13,187 nucleotides of DNA from Deltaproteobacteria bacterium (GCA_038150265.1 JAYOTF010000021.1:47905-61091), one strand, 5' to 3'; shown: positions 1 to 9,250, counted from the first letter of the stretch. The notes: generated by a model not told the origin, from the sequence alone. Translations and numbers: made by a program.

Positions 1-61
1 GGAAACGGCTGGGAGCGGGCCCTCAAGATCAGTGCATCCGGATATAGCGATGAGTTCAGGC

Positions 62-90
62 TTGACAGTCGGAGGCGGAGTTTTTACGGT
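62..90 (+). promoter_or_regulatory. sigma70-type promoter for the riboswitch-metY-metA unit
   Basis: Perfect TTGACA at 62-67, 17-bp spacer, TACGGT (TAnnnT) at 85-90. The predicted start (~96-97) coincides with the first base of riboswitch P1. Confidence 0.75.
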
Positions 91-96
91 GGAGGC

Positions 97-209
97 GTTG
101 TATCGAGATGGCATGGAGGGATCTGGCCCTAAGAAATGCCGAGCAACCCGGAGGCACCGGGTGCTAAAGCCAGCCCTACCCGGAGGATTCCGGAAGGGGT
201 CGATACGGC
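97..209 (+). ncRNA. SAM-I (S-box) riboswitch aptamer
   Basis: P1 GTTGTATC(97-104)/GATACGGC(202-209). P2 TGGCAT(109-114)/ATGCCG(136-141) with GGAGGGA-TCTGG-CCC. P3 AGC-AA-CCCGG/CCGGG-T-GCT (142-165) with the conserved GCAACC...GGTGC core. Pseudoknot CTGGC(123-127)/GCCAG(169-173). P4 at 174-199. Lies directly upstream of methionine genes. Confidence 0.93.
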
Positions 210-332
210 TCGGATCGAGCAAGTGCAACGCCCGCTTGAGGTCTCTCCTTTCTCTTCCGTTCCCGAACGATCCCCGCTCTTTTCATCCTGACGCCTTCGT
301 CCTGTGTTTGGGACACGAAGGACGGTTTGTGA

Positions 333-1685
<1,353 letters not shown>

Positions 1686-1693
1686 TGATGGCC

Positions 1694-1735
1694 CCGGTGT
1701 CGTCTTGGGCGGCACCGGACTTCTCTCTTGTTTTT
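1694..1735 (+). terminator. GC-rich hairpin with pyrimidine/U-rich tail between metY and metA (partial terminator or mRNA stabiliser)
   Basis: CCGGTGTCGTC(1694-1704)/GGCGGCACCGG(1708-1718), 11 bp with 2 G-U, followed by ACTTCTCTCTTGTTTTT. Confidence 0.5.
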
Positions 1736-1754
1736 GCCTGCTTTGAGTTGAGTC

Positions 1755-2648
1755 ATGACCCTGATCATCCGTTCCGATTACCACGCCCTGAATGCGATTG
1801 AGCAGAACCGCATCCGCTGGCTACCGCCTGAACAGGCCGAACGTCAGGACATCCGCCCTCTGCGCATCGGCATCCTCAACATCATGCCGCTGGGCGAAAA
1901 GTACGAATTCAACCTCCTTCACCCCCTCGGGCTCTCGGTGCTCCAGATTGAGCCCATCTGGATCCGGCTCGAATCGCATGTGTACAAGTCGTGGCCTGCC
2001 GGACACCTGGACGACCTGTACATGAGCTACAGGGAAGCAACGGCTCAGCAGCCCCTGGACGGCCTGATCGTCACGGGCGCTCCCGTTGAGCACCTGCGTT
2101 TTGAGGAGGTGGAGTACTGGGATGAGATCTCTCAGGTGCTGCAGGATGCTCGGCAGAGCTGTCCGAGTACGCTTGGCATCTGCTGGGGAGGCTTTGCCCT
2201 GGCCTACCTCGCCGGAGTCAACAAGATCCTGTACCCACAGAAGCTGTTTGGGCTCTTTGAGTTGGAAAACCAGGCGCCCAACCACCCGGTTACCGGCGCG
2301 CTGGATGACGTCTTCTGGTGCCCACAAAGCCGCATCGCCGGGCTTGATGATGCCGAAATGGAAGCCGCAGAGCGCGACGGACGCCTCAACCTGCTTGCTT
2401 ATGGCAAGGAGTCGGGTTACACCATCTTTGAGACCCCCGACCAGCGCTTCCTCATGCACACCGGGCATCCGGAATACAACGCGGGGCGCCTCGCTTATGA
2501 AGCTGAGCGTGACGAAAGCAACCCCTCGGTGCCTCCGGTCGCGAACTTTGACTTCCGGAACCCCGTCAACCGCTGGCGCTCGCACCGCAATGCCTTCTTT
2601 CAGCAGTGGCTCAACTTCTGTTACACCCGAATCAGCCTGACTCACTAG
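1755..2648 (+). CDS. metA: MetA-family homoserine O-acyltransferase, predicted acetyl-CoA specific (MetAA)
   Basis: 297 aa. QDIRPLRIGILNIMP, DGLIVTGAPVE (Glu at the specificity position indicates acetyl), catalytic Cys in GICWG, catalytic His/Glu in GHPEY. Adjacent to metY. Confidence 0.93.
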   Translation: MTLIIRSDYHALNAIEQNRIRWLPPEQAERQDIRPLRIGILNIMPLGEKYEFNLLHPLGLSVLQIEPIWIRLESHVYKSWPAGHLDDLYMSYREATAQQPLDGLIVTGAPVEHLRFEEVEYWDEISQVLQDARQSCPSTLGICWGGFALAYLAGVNKILYPQKLFGLFELENQAPNHPVTGALDDVFWCPQSRIAGLDDAEMEAAERDGRLNLLAYGKESGYTIFETPDQRFLMHTGHPEYNAGRLAYEAERDESNPSVPPVANFDFRNPVNRWRSHRNAFFQQWLNFCYTRISLTH

Positions 2649-2769
2649 CGCCCCCACCGGTGAATCGGTGCTTCTCTTCTCGGGAGAGCTCCGTTAAGAT
2701 AAGAGCCTTTTATTGAAGACACCCCTGATTCACCCCCCTTCCGCATCCCCTGTTTCAGAAAGGAGCCTC

Positions 2770-3261
2770 ATGGCGTCTGAAGGATTCGAAAGCACCGGCC
2801 TGGAGCAAGTGCCCGGTTTTCTATTTGTTGATCATGTTGCCATCGCCATCCCGGCGGGTGAGCTGGACCGCCAGGTCGCCGCATACGAGCTGATGGGCTT
2901 CCGAGAGCTGCACCGCGAGGAAGTCGGAGGCTCCGACCTGGTCCGGGAGTCGCTGCTGCAGATTGGAGAGAGCCCCAACCTCATCCAGCTGCTGGAGCCG
3001 ATGTCTCCCGACTCTCCGGTCCAGAAGCAGCTGGACCGCAACAACGGAAAAGGAGGACTCGCGCACGTGGGCTTCCGGGTCCAAAACGCTCAGGCCGCCT
3101 TCGATTACCTGCAGGAGCAAGGGTTCCGGATCATTGATTCCGCCCCACGCCCGGGGTCTCGTGGCACCACCGTCTTCTTCCTGCACCCGAAGTCTCGAGA
3201 CGAGACCCCGTTCGGCGTCCTCTTTGAGATTGTTGAAGATCCGGGAGCGGCCCATGAGTAA
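2770..3261 (+). CDS. mce: methylmalonyl-CoA epimerase-like VOC family protein
   Basis: Start moved to ATG 2770, which has AGGAG at 2761-2765; 163 aa. Metal/catalytic motifs DHVAIA, VRES, IQLLEP, GLAHVGF, FLHPKS...GVLFEIVE. Confidence 0.8.
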   Translation: MASEGFESTGLEQVPGFLFVDHVAIAIPAGELDRQVAAYELMGFRELHREEVGGSDLVRESLLQIGESPNLIQLLEPMSPDSPVQKQLDRNNGKGGLAHVGFRVQNAQAAFDYLQEQGFRIIDSAPRPGSRGTTVFFLHPKSRDETPFGVLFEIVEDPGAAHE

Positions 3262-4237
3262 GCGCATCCTGGTTGTGGGCGGCGCCGGTTACATTGGCAG
3301 CCACGTCGCCAAGGCCCTCCGGAATGCCGGATACCGGCCGGTCATCTTCGACAACATGAGCGCCGGGCGGCAGGTGAACCTGCTTTCCGGATGCGAGTTC
3401 CGGCACGGTGACATCCTCCTGCCAGATCAGATCCGGGACGCCATGGAGGGCATTGAGGGCATTGTGCACCTCGCGGCCCTCAAGGCTGCGGGAGAGTCGA
3501 TGGTGCAGCCCGAGCGGTACTCCCTCCACAACCTTACGGGAACCATCAACCTGCTCAATGCCGCTACCGCTGCCGGCGTTCCGCGCCTGGTCTTCTCATC
3601 GTCAGCGGCAGTTTATGGCGAACCGCACTACGTTCCCATGGACGAAGCCCACCCGCTGGAGCCTGCCAACTATTACGGCTTCACCAAGCTGGAGATTGAG
3701 CGCCTGCTCGACTGGTACAGCCGCCTCCGGAGCCTGCGCTTCGCGAGCCTGCGCTACTTCAATGCAGCCGGGTACGATCCGGATGGGGAAGTCCGCGGCC
3801 TGGAGCAGGGGCCGAACAACCTGCTGCCCATTGTGCTGGAAGCCATCATGGGCTGGCGCCCCCAGGTGGAGGTCTTTGGCACCGATTACGACACGCCGGA
3901 CGGCAGTTGCATCCGGGACTACATCCACGTCAGTGACCTTGCGGATGCGCACGTCCGGGCCCTGAGCTACCTGGAGACCGAGCAGGAGAACCTGACGGTG
4001 AACCTGGGGACCTCGAACGGCCTGAGCGTGCTGGAAATCCTCAAGGCGGCCAGGGAGCTGTCCGGAGTGGATTTCCCCGTCACACTCGGTCCACGCCGCG
4101 AAGGGGACCCTGCTGTTGTGCTGGCCACCGCAGCCAAGGCCAATCAGCTCCTGCAGTGGCAACCGCAGCACAGCGATGTCCAGACTTTGATCCAATCCAT
4201 GCTTCACGTTTACCGGAGCTCCGCCACAACGGCATGA
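3254..4237 (+). CDS. galE: UDP-glucose 4-epimerase
   Basis: Start ATG 3254 (MSKRILVVGGAGYIGSH), overlapping the mce end by 8 nt; 327 aa. FSSSAAVYG, YYGFTK (YxxxK), LRYFNAAG, DGSCIRDYIHVSDLADAH. Confidence 0.93.
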   Translation: MSKRILVVGGAGYIGSHVAKALRNAGYRPVIFDNMSAGRQVNLLSGCEFRHGDILLPDQIRDAMEGIEGIVHLAALKAAGESMVQPERYSLHNLTGTINLLNAATAAGVPRLVFSSSAAVYGEPHYVPMDEAHPLEPANYYGFTKLEIERLLDWYSRLRSLRFASLRYFNAAGYDPDGEVRGLEQGPNNLLPIVLEAIMGWRPQVEVFGTDYDTPDGSCIRDYIHVSDLADAHVRALSYLETEQENLTVNLGTSNGLSVLEILKAARELSGVDFPVTLGPRREGDPAVVLATAAKANQLLQWQPQHSDVQTLIQSMLHVYRSSATTA

Positions 4238-4506
4238 TTGCATGCCGATTTTGCTGCCCTCTGGTCCAGCTCCTGTTCATTTTGCCCCCTTGCCTCCTCT
4301 TTTTGAGGAGGCTTCCTCCTCCCCCACCCCGCGAATCCGTAAAATCCCCAATTTTCTCCTCAACCTGGCTCATCTACCTGGTCAGACACGCTTCAAACTC
4401 ATTTTTTGCAGCTTAACTTGATATTCGTCTTGCACCGGCGCCTTCTTTATCAGAAAGTAAAAGCTGAATTCTGCACACCTTTTATAACTCTATCGCTAAA
4501 AGACGA

Positions 4507-6216
4507 ATGAACGGCGCACAAGTTGTTGTTGAAGCGCTCAAGCGTGAGGGAGTCGAATGCATCTTCGGCTATCCCGGTGGAGCCTGCATGCCCATCTTTG
4601 ATGCTCTGGTTGATGCTCCGGAACTGAAGATGGTGCTGGTTCGGCACGAGCAAGGAGCCACCCACATGGCCGATGGCTACGCCCGTGCCACGGGCAAGCC
4701 TGGGGTCGTCCTGGTCACGTCTGGACCCGGTGCCACGAACACCGTCACGGGCCTGCTGACCGCCCAGATGGACTCGGTTCCCATGGTCGTCCTGACGGGC
4801 CAGACGATTACCGAAAACCTGGGCAAGGATGCCTTTCAGGAGGCTGATATCTTTGGCATCACCATGCCCGTGGTGAAGCACAACTTCCTGGTCAAAGACA
4901 CCGCTGACCTCCCCCGTATCATGAAGGAGGCCTTTTACCTCGCCTCCACAGGGCGTCCGGGACCGGTGCTGGTCGACCTGCCGAAGGACGTGGTGGCCGG
5001 GGAGTGCGAAACGTCCTTTCCCGAGCAAATTGAGCTTCCCGGATACCGGGTGCCCGGACGAGGGCAGCCTGATCGCATTCAAAAAGCCGCTGAGCTGATC
5101 ATGCAGTCGAAGCGGCCCCTGCTGTATGTTGGAGCAGGAGCGGTGATCTCGGAGGCCGGCAAGCGCGTGCTGGAGTTGGCCGAGAAGCTTCAGGCTCCTG
5201 TGACCACCACTCTGCTGGGCAAAGGCGCCTTCCCGGAGACCCACGACCTCTCTGTGGGCATGCTGGGCATGCACGGGACCGCGTATGCCAACAAAACCGT
5301 GGTGGACTGTGACCTCATCTTTGCCATTGGCGCTCGCTGGGACGACCGCATCACCGGGAAGGTCAGCGCGTTTTGTCCAGATGCGACCAAGATTCACCTC
5401 GACATCGACCCCGCCGAGTTTGGGAAGATCATTCAGCCCGACCTCTCCATCAATGGAGATGCCGCCATGGTGCTGGAAGACCTGATTCCGCTGGTGAGCC
5501 GGCTGGAGACCGAGGAGTGGCTCAATCAGATTCGGGGGTGGAAGAAGAAGTACCCCCTGCGCTATCCGAAGCGCGGCGGCCTCCGGGCCCAGCAGGTTCT
5601 TGCGGAGTTGGATCGTCTGACCAACTCCGAAGCCATCATTTCGACCGACGTCGGCCAGCACCAGATGTGGGCCGCCCAGTTCTGCCTGTCCTCCCGTGAG
5701 CGTCAGTGGCTGTCCAGCGGAGGCGCCGGCACCATGGGCTACGGCATGCCTGCCGCAATTGGTGCCCAGCTTGGCTGCCCGCAAGACACCGTGGTCGCTG
5801 TCGTTGGAGACGGAGGGTTTCAGATGACCCAGATGGAACTGGCCACGGCTGCCATCCATCAACTCCCCATCAAGATCCTCATCATTGACAACCGTTACCT
5901 GGGAATGGTGCGGCAGTGGCAGCAGCTCTTTTTTGACAACCGTGAGAGCGGTGTGGACATGGTGGGAAACCCGGACTTCTCCAAGCTGGCAGACGCCTAT
6001 GGCATCAAGTCCTTCCGCATTCGGCGGTCCGGAGATGTCACCCGCGTCCTCAAGCAGGCCCTCGCCTACAACGACGGGCCGTGCATCATCCACGCTGAGG
6101 TCGTGAAAGCCGATAACGTCTTCCCGATGATTCCCGCCGGAGCCGCGTTGACCGAGATGCTGATTGACGAGCCCTCCCCCCAAACCAAGCTGGCGAAACC
6201 CACCGGCAGTACCTGA
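4507..6216 (+). CDS. ilvB: acetolactate synthase (AHAS) large catalytic subunit, biosynthetic type
   Basis: 569 aa. FGYPGG, VRHEQGATHMADGYARATGK, TSGPGATN, GRPGPVLVDLPKD, GMLGMHG, TDVGQHQMW, ThDP motif GDGGFQM...DNRYLGMVRQWQ. Confidence 0.96.
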   Translation: MNGAQVVVEALKREGVECIFGYPGGACMPIFDALVDAPELKMVLVRHEQGATHMADGYARATGKPGVVLVTSGPGATNTVTGLLTAQMDSVPMVVLTGQTITENLGKDAFQEADIFGITMPVVKHNFLVKDTADLPRIMKEAFYLASTGRPGPVLVDLPKDVVAGECETSFPEQIELPGYRVPGRGQPDRIQKAAELIMQSKRPLLYVGAGAVISEAGKRVLELAEKLQAPVTTTLLGKGAFPETHDLSVGMLGMHGTAYANKTVVDCDLIFAIGARWDDRITGKVSAFCPDATKIHLDIDPAEFGKIIQPDLSINGDAAMVLEDLIPLVSRLETEEWLNQIRGWKKKYPLRYPKRGGLRAQQVLAELDRLTNSEAIISTDVGQHQMWAAQFCLSSRERQWLSSGGAGTMGYGMPAAIGAQLGCPQDTVVAVVGDGGFQMTQMELATAAIHQLPIKILIIDNRYLGMVRQWQQLFFDNRESGVDMVGNPDFSKLADAYGIKSFRIRRSGDVTRVLKQALAYNDGPCIIHAEVVKADNVFPMIPAGAALTEMLIDEPSPQTKLAKPTGST

Positions 6217-6233
6217 TATTCGGATCGCGACAG

Positions 6234-6725
6234 ATGGAACAACAATTTACAATCAGTATTCTGGTCAACAACAAACCCGGGGTCATGGTGCGCCTCGGAC
6301 AGACCTTTGCGCGCCGGGGCTTCAACGTGGAGTCCCTCGTGGTGTCTCCCTCTCACGACCCGCGCTTTTCGCGCATGACCGTGGTGGTGCAGGGAGACCC
6401 CGAGACCTTTGACCAGATCCTCCGGCAGCTCAACAAGCTCGTGGACGTGGTGAATGCCGCCCACCACCTGCCCACCGATGCCGTGGATCGGGAGATGGCG
6501 CTGTTCAAGGTGGAAGTTTCCCCGGAACACCGGGCCGAGGTGTTTCAGATCATTGATGTCTTCCGGGCAAAAACCGTTGATATCACTGAAAACTCCCTGA
6601 TCATTGAGACCACGGGAAGCTCATCGAAGATTGACGCCCTCGAGCGCCTGCTTTCCACAATGGGAATGTGCGAGATGGTCCGGAGCGGCAAGCTGATCAT
6701 GGCCCGAGGCGTTGGCTCCACCTGA
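6234..6725 (+). CDS. ilvN: acetolactate synthase small regulatory subunit (ACT domain)
   Basis: 163 aa. ISILVNNKPGV...FARRGFNVESL, SRMT, QLNKLVDV, EMVRSG. Starts 17 nt after ilvB. Confidence 0.95.
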   Translation: MEQQFTISILVNNKPGVMVRLGQTFARRGFNVESLVVSPSHDPRFSRMTVVVQGDPETFDQILRQLNKLVDVVNAAHHLPTDAVDREMALFKVEVSPEHRAEVFQIIDVFRAKTVDITENSLIIETTGSSSKIDALERLLSTMGMCEMVRSGKLIMARGVGST

Positions 6726-6928
6726 CCCCTTCGGACCCGCTGGCAGGTTTTGAAAAAAAATTGTCCCATGGGTCATTTTATGAGTTGACCCATGCGGCAC
6801 CAGGGTGTAAGGTTTCGCCAATACTTGCTCTGAATCGATTCTCCGTTTTGTCCATAGGGACCATTTTCTCGTTTTGAGGCGTACGGGTGCGACAGGGCAG
6901 ATAAAGCCATTCGTTTCCGAATTCAGGC

Positions 6929-6957
6929 TTGCAATGCCTGAAGAGATTTTCTAAAAC
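6929..6957 (+). promoter_or_regulatory. probable sigma70 promoter of tRNA-Ser
   Basis: TTGCAA(6929-6934), 17 bp, TAAAAC(6952-6957), 14 nt upstream of the tRNA. Confidence 0.55.
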
Positions 6958-6971
6958 GAAGACCTCTTCCG

Positions 6972-7061
6972 GGAGGGATGGGTGAGTGGTTGAAACCGGC
7001 GGACTTGAAATCCGTTAGAGCCGCAAGGTTCTCGGGGGTTCGAATCCCTCTCCCTCCGCCA
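6972..7061 (+). tRNA. tRNA-Ser(UGA)
   Basis: Acceptor GGAGGGA/TCCCTCC, discriminator G, encoded CCA. Anticodon arm GCGGA-CT-TGA-AA-TCCGT, long variable arm, TTCGAAT T-loop. Confidence 0.97.
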
Positions 7062-7158
7062 GGAAAAAAATTTTCCCTGCCTGGTCCTGCACCACTCTGA
7101 TGTGGGGTCACCTAGTAAACCTGCCTGATGCTTATCCTCATGAAATCCTGCCTCAAGT

Positions 7159-7192
7159 TGTCCCCCTTTTCGAAGGGGGACACTTCCTTTTT
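7159..7192 (+). terminator. intrinsic terminator-like hairpin downstream of tRNA-Ser
   Basis: TGTCCCCCTT-TTCG-AAGGGGGACA (10-bp perfect stem, 7159-7182), followed by CTTCCTTTTT. Confidence 0.65.
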
Positions 7193-7215
7193 GGGGACCG
7201 GCCGCTGACCCGCGC

Positions 7216-8694
7216 ATGACCGACACCAGCCTTCTTCAGACACAGACGCAGCAGGCCTTCTGGGCACAACAAGGGGCGTGCGTGCAGACCGTTCAGCACC
7301 TGCTCACCACCTCCTCCACGCCAGAAGTCCGGGCTCAGCTTCAGCAGTTGATCGACCATCAGTCCCGCGTTCAGGCGCTGCATTACGCTTTCTTGAATCA
7401 GTTCCCGGATGAGCCGACGCTCCTTCCGGACGTTGCGATTCCCCAGGCTCCAGCTCCAGCCGTTCACCAGCCGACGGTTTCTCCAACGCTGAGCCGCTCT
7501 GAGGCCACCAACGCGCCGCCACCGCCTCCGGATCCCCGGATTCCCCCACCTCCCTCTCCGGCGCCTACGTCCTCTTTCCGCGCGCACCAAATCACTCAGC
7601 CACCGGCACCTCCGGTTCCTCCGGATGCTGCAGCGGAGCCGCCTGCACCGCCTCCTCGGGCTGCAGTTTCCCCCCCGGAACCTCTCCAACCGGCTCACTC
7701 CGACCCGCGCCCCTCCGCTTCTTCCGAGTCGAAGGCGCCTCCTCGCTCAGCCGAGTCTGTTGCGTGGCAAGCTCCTTCCATTGAGCAGCGGACCATCCGC
7801 CCACGGCACCGGGTTGAATTTTGGCTCTTTCAGAAGCTCAAACGTTGGGCGGAGCAAAGCTCACCCCGAGCGCGGTTCTGGGTGGAAAAGGCGCTGGAGG
7901 CCCTACTGTGGCACAGCCAGGCTCGCCGCAAGGTGGTCGACCGGAACCTGGAACTCGCCTTTCCTGAGTGGAGTCCACAGGAGCGCCACCAGCTGGCACG
8001 GAAGAACTACCAGTGGTTTGTTCGCTTCAGCCTTGATGTGCTGGAGATGGGCGCCTGGCAGGGACGAGCCAACGAGTTTGTGGATTTTGTCAATCTGGAG
8101 GTCCTGGATCAGGCTCTTGCGGAGCAGCGGGGGGTCCTCATGGTCGGTGGGCATTTTGGCAACTGGGAGTACCTCTGCCCGGCGCTGAGCGAACGCGGGT
8201 ACGCCACCACGATGTATGTGGGCAGGCAGACCAACCCGCTTTCTGATCGACTTCAGAATGAGGAGCGGTTGCGCTCTGGCATTCAAACCATTGGCAAGGG
8301 CCGCACGGCCACAACGGAGTTGATTGAAGCCCTGCGTCATAACCGGGCTGTGGGGATGCTCATTGACCAGGATGAGCGCAGCTCCGGAGTCTTTGTGGAC
8401 TTCTTTGGCATACCGGCTTCCAGCAGTCGGGGCGCTGCCGCGTTTCACCTGCTCCAGAAGAGCCCGGTGATTCTGTTCACCTGTTGCTACGTCGGCGCTC
8501 GCATTCGAATTACCTTCGAGCGCATCCCCTTCCAGCCCTCCGGACACAACGAGCAGGACGTTCCAGACCTGACGGCGCGGATTCAGCATTCACTGGAGCA
8601 GCAGATCCGTGAGCACCCGGAACAGTACTTCTGGATGCACCGACGCTGGCGGACCCGTCCTCCAGAAGAACCCGGGCTTTATGAGAATTCCTGA
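7216..8694 (+). CDS. LpxL/HtrB-family (lipid A late / lysophospholipid) acyltransferase with long N-terminal extension
   Basis: 492 aa. The C-terminal ~295 aa has RNLELAFPE, catalytic GHFGNWE (His at 8152), LIDQD, VFVDFFG, HPEQYFWMHRRW. It is preceded in frame by a Gln-rich helical segment and a Pro-rich linker. The start codon is less certain (weak RBS). Confidence 0.88.
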   Translation: MTDTSLLQTQTQQAFWAQQGACVQTVQHLLTTSSTPEVRAQLQQLIDHQSRVQALHYAFLNQFPDEPTLLPDVAIPQAPAPAVHQPTVSPTLSRSEATNAPPPPPDPRIPPPPSPAPTSSFRAHQITQPPAPPVPPDAAAEPPAPPPRAAVSPPEPLQPAHSDPRPSASSESKAPPRSAESVAWQAPSIEQRTIRPRHRVEFWLFQKLKRWAEQSSPRARFWVEKALEALLWHSQARRKVVDRNLELAFPEWSPQERHQLARKNYQWFVRFSLDVLEMGAWQGRANEFVDFVNLEVLDQALAEQRGVLMVGGHFGNWEYLCPALSERGYATTMYVGRQTNPLSDRLQNEERLRSGIQTIGKGRTATTELIEALRHNRAVGMLIDQDERSSGVFVDFFGIPASSSRGAAAFHLLQKSPVILFTCCYVGARIRITFERIPFQPSGHNEQDVPDLTARIQHSLEQQIREHPEQYFWMHRRWRTRPPEEPGLYENS

Positions 8695-8720
8695 TTTTTT
8701 CAGCGCCGCTAAAAATTTAC

Positions 8721-8748
8721 TTGCGTCCGTCAGAGATTTGCTTATACT
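8721..8748 (+). promoter_or_regulatory. sigma70 promoter of the tRNA-Val-Asp-Val operon
   Basis: TTGCGT(8721-8726), 16 bp, TATACT(8743-8748), with an AT-rich UP-like tract at 8710-8719. Ends 13 nt before the first tRNA. Confidence 0.7.
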
Positions 8749-8761
8749 AGCTAATTCTCCT

Positions 8762-8837
8762 GGGCGATTAGCTCAGTTGGGAGAGCGGCGGTCTTACAAA
8801 CCGTAGGTCACAAGTTCGAACCTTGTATCGCCCACCA
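8762..8837 (+). tRNA. tRNA-Val(UAC)
   Basis: GGGCGAT/ATCGCCC acceptor, ACCA end, anticodon TAC at 8795-8797, 76 nt. Confidence 0.97.
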
Positions 8838-8859
8838 CAGAGAGTTTGCTTCGTATCGC

Positions 8860-8936
<77 letters not shown>

Positions 8937-9001
8937 CGAAACGAGAGCATTCCCTTCTGAGTCCCTACCGAAGATTCTTCTTCATCCAGCATATCAGTAT
9001 C

Positions 9002-9076
9002 GGGCATGTAGCTCAGTGGGAGAGCATTCGCCTCACACGCGAAAGGTCGAAGGTTCAATCCCTTCCATGCCCACCA
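9002..9076 (+). tRNA. tRNA-Val(CAC)
   Basis: GGGCATG/CATGCCC acceptor, ACCA end, TTCGC-CT-CAC-AC-GCGAA anticodon arm. Confidence 0.96.
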
Positions 9077-9196
9077 CCCCTTAAGAACCTCCCAGCAGCA
9101 CCCGTAGCTTACTGACTTCAAGCGGCTCGCCTTGCGTTCCTCTTCTTGTCGCCAATCAGGAAAACCATCTGCCACCCCACTTGCCCTCAATTCATC

Positions 9197-9250
9197 CAGG
9201 AGACCGGGCTGAGAGCGAGGAAGCAGGGGACCCAGCTGAGAGCAAGGAAG
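9197..9250. repeat. two-copy 27-bp imperfect tandem repeat
   Basis: CAGGAGACCGGGCTGAGAGCGAGGAAG (9197-9223) and CAGGGGACCCAGCTGAGAGCAAGGAAG (9224-9250), 23/27 identical. Confidence 0.75.

Noticed and set aside
2672..2700. Possible mce-galE promoter (TTCTCT-N17-TAAGAT)
   Set aside because: The -35 match is weak and overlaps small hairpins after metA, so support is insufficient.
2963..3253. Apparent N-terminal extension of GalE (424-aa call)
   Set aside because: It lies within mce in another frame. The Rossmann motif starts right after ATG 3254.
4417..4506. ilvB promoter in the AT-rich stretch (TTGATA, TTGCAC, TATAAC)
   Set aside because: I could not find a -35/-10 pair with convincing spacing. 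A promoter is plausible but cannot be placed.
9197..9250. CRISPR array
   Set aside because: Only two adjacent imperfect copies with no spacers, and no cas genes.
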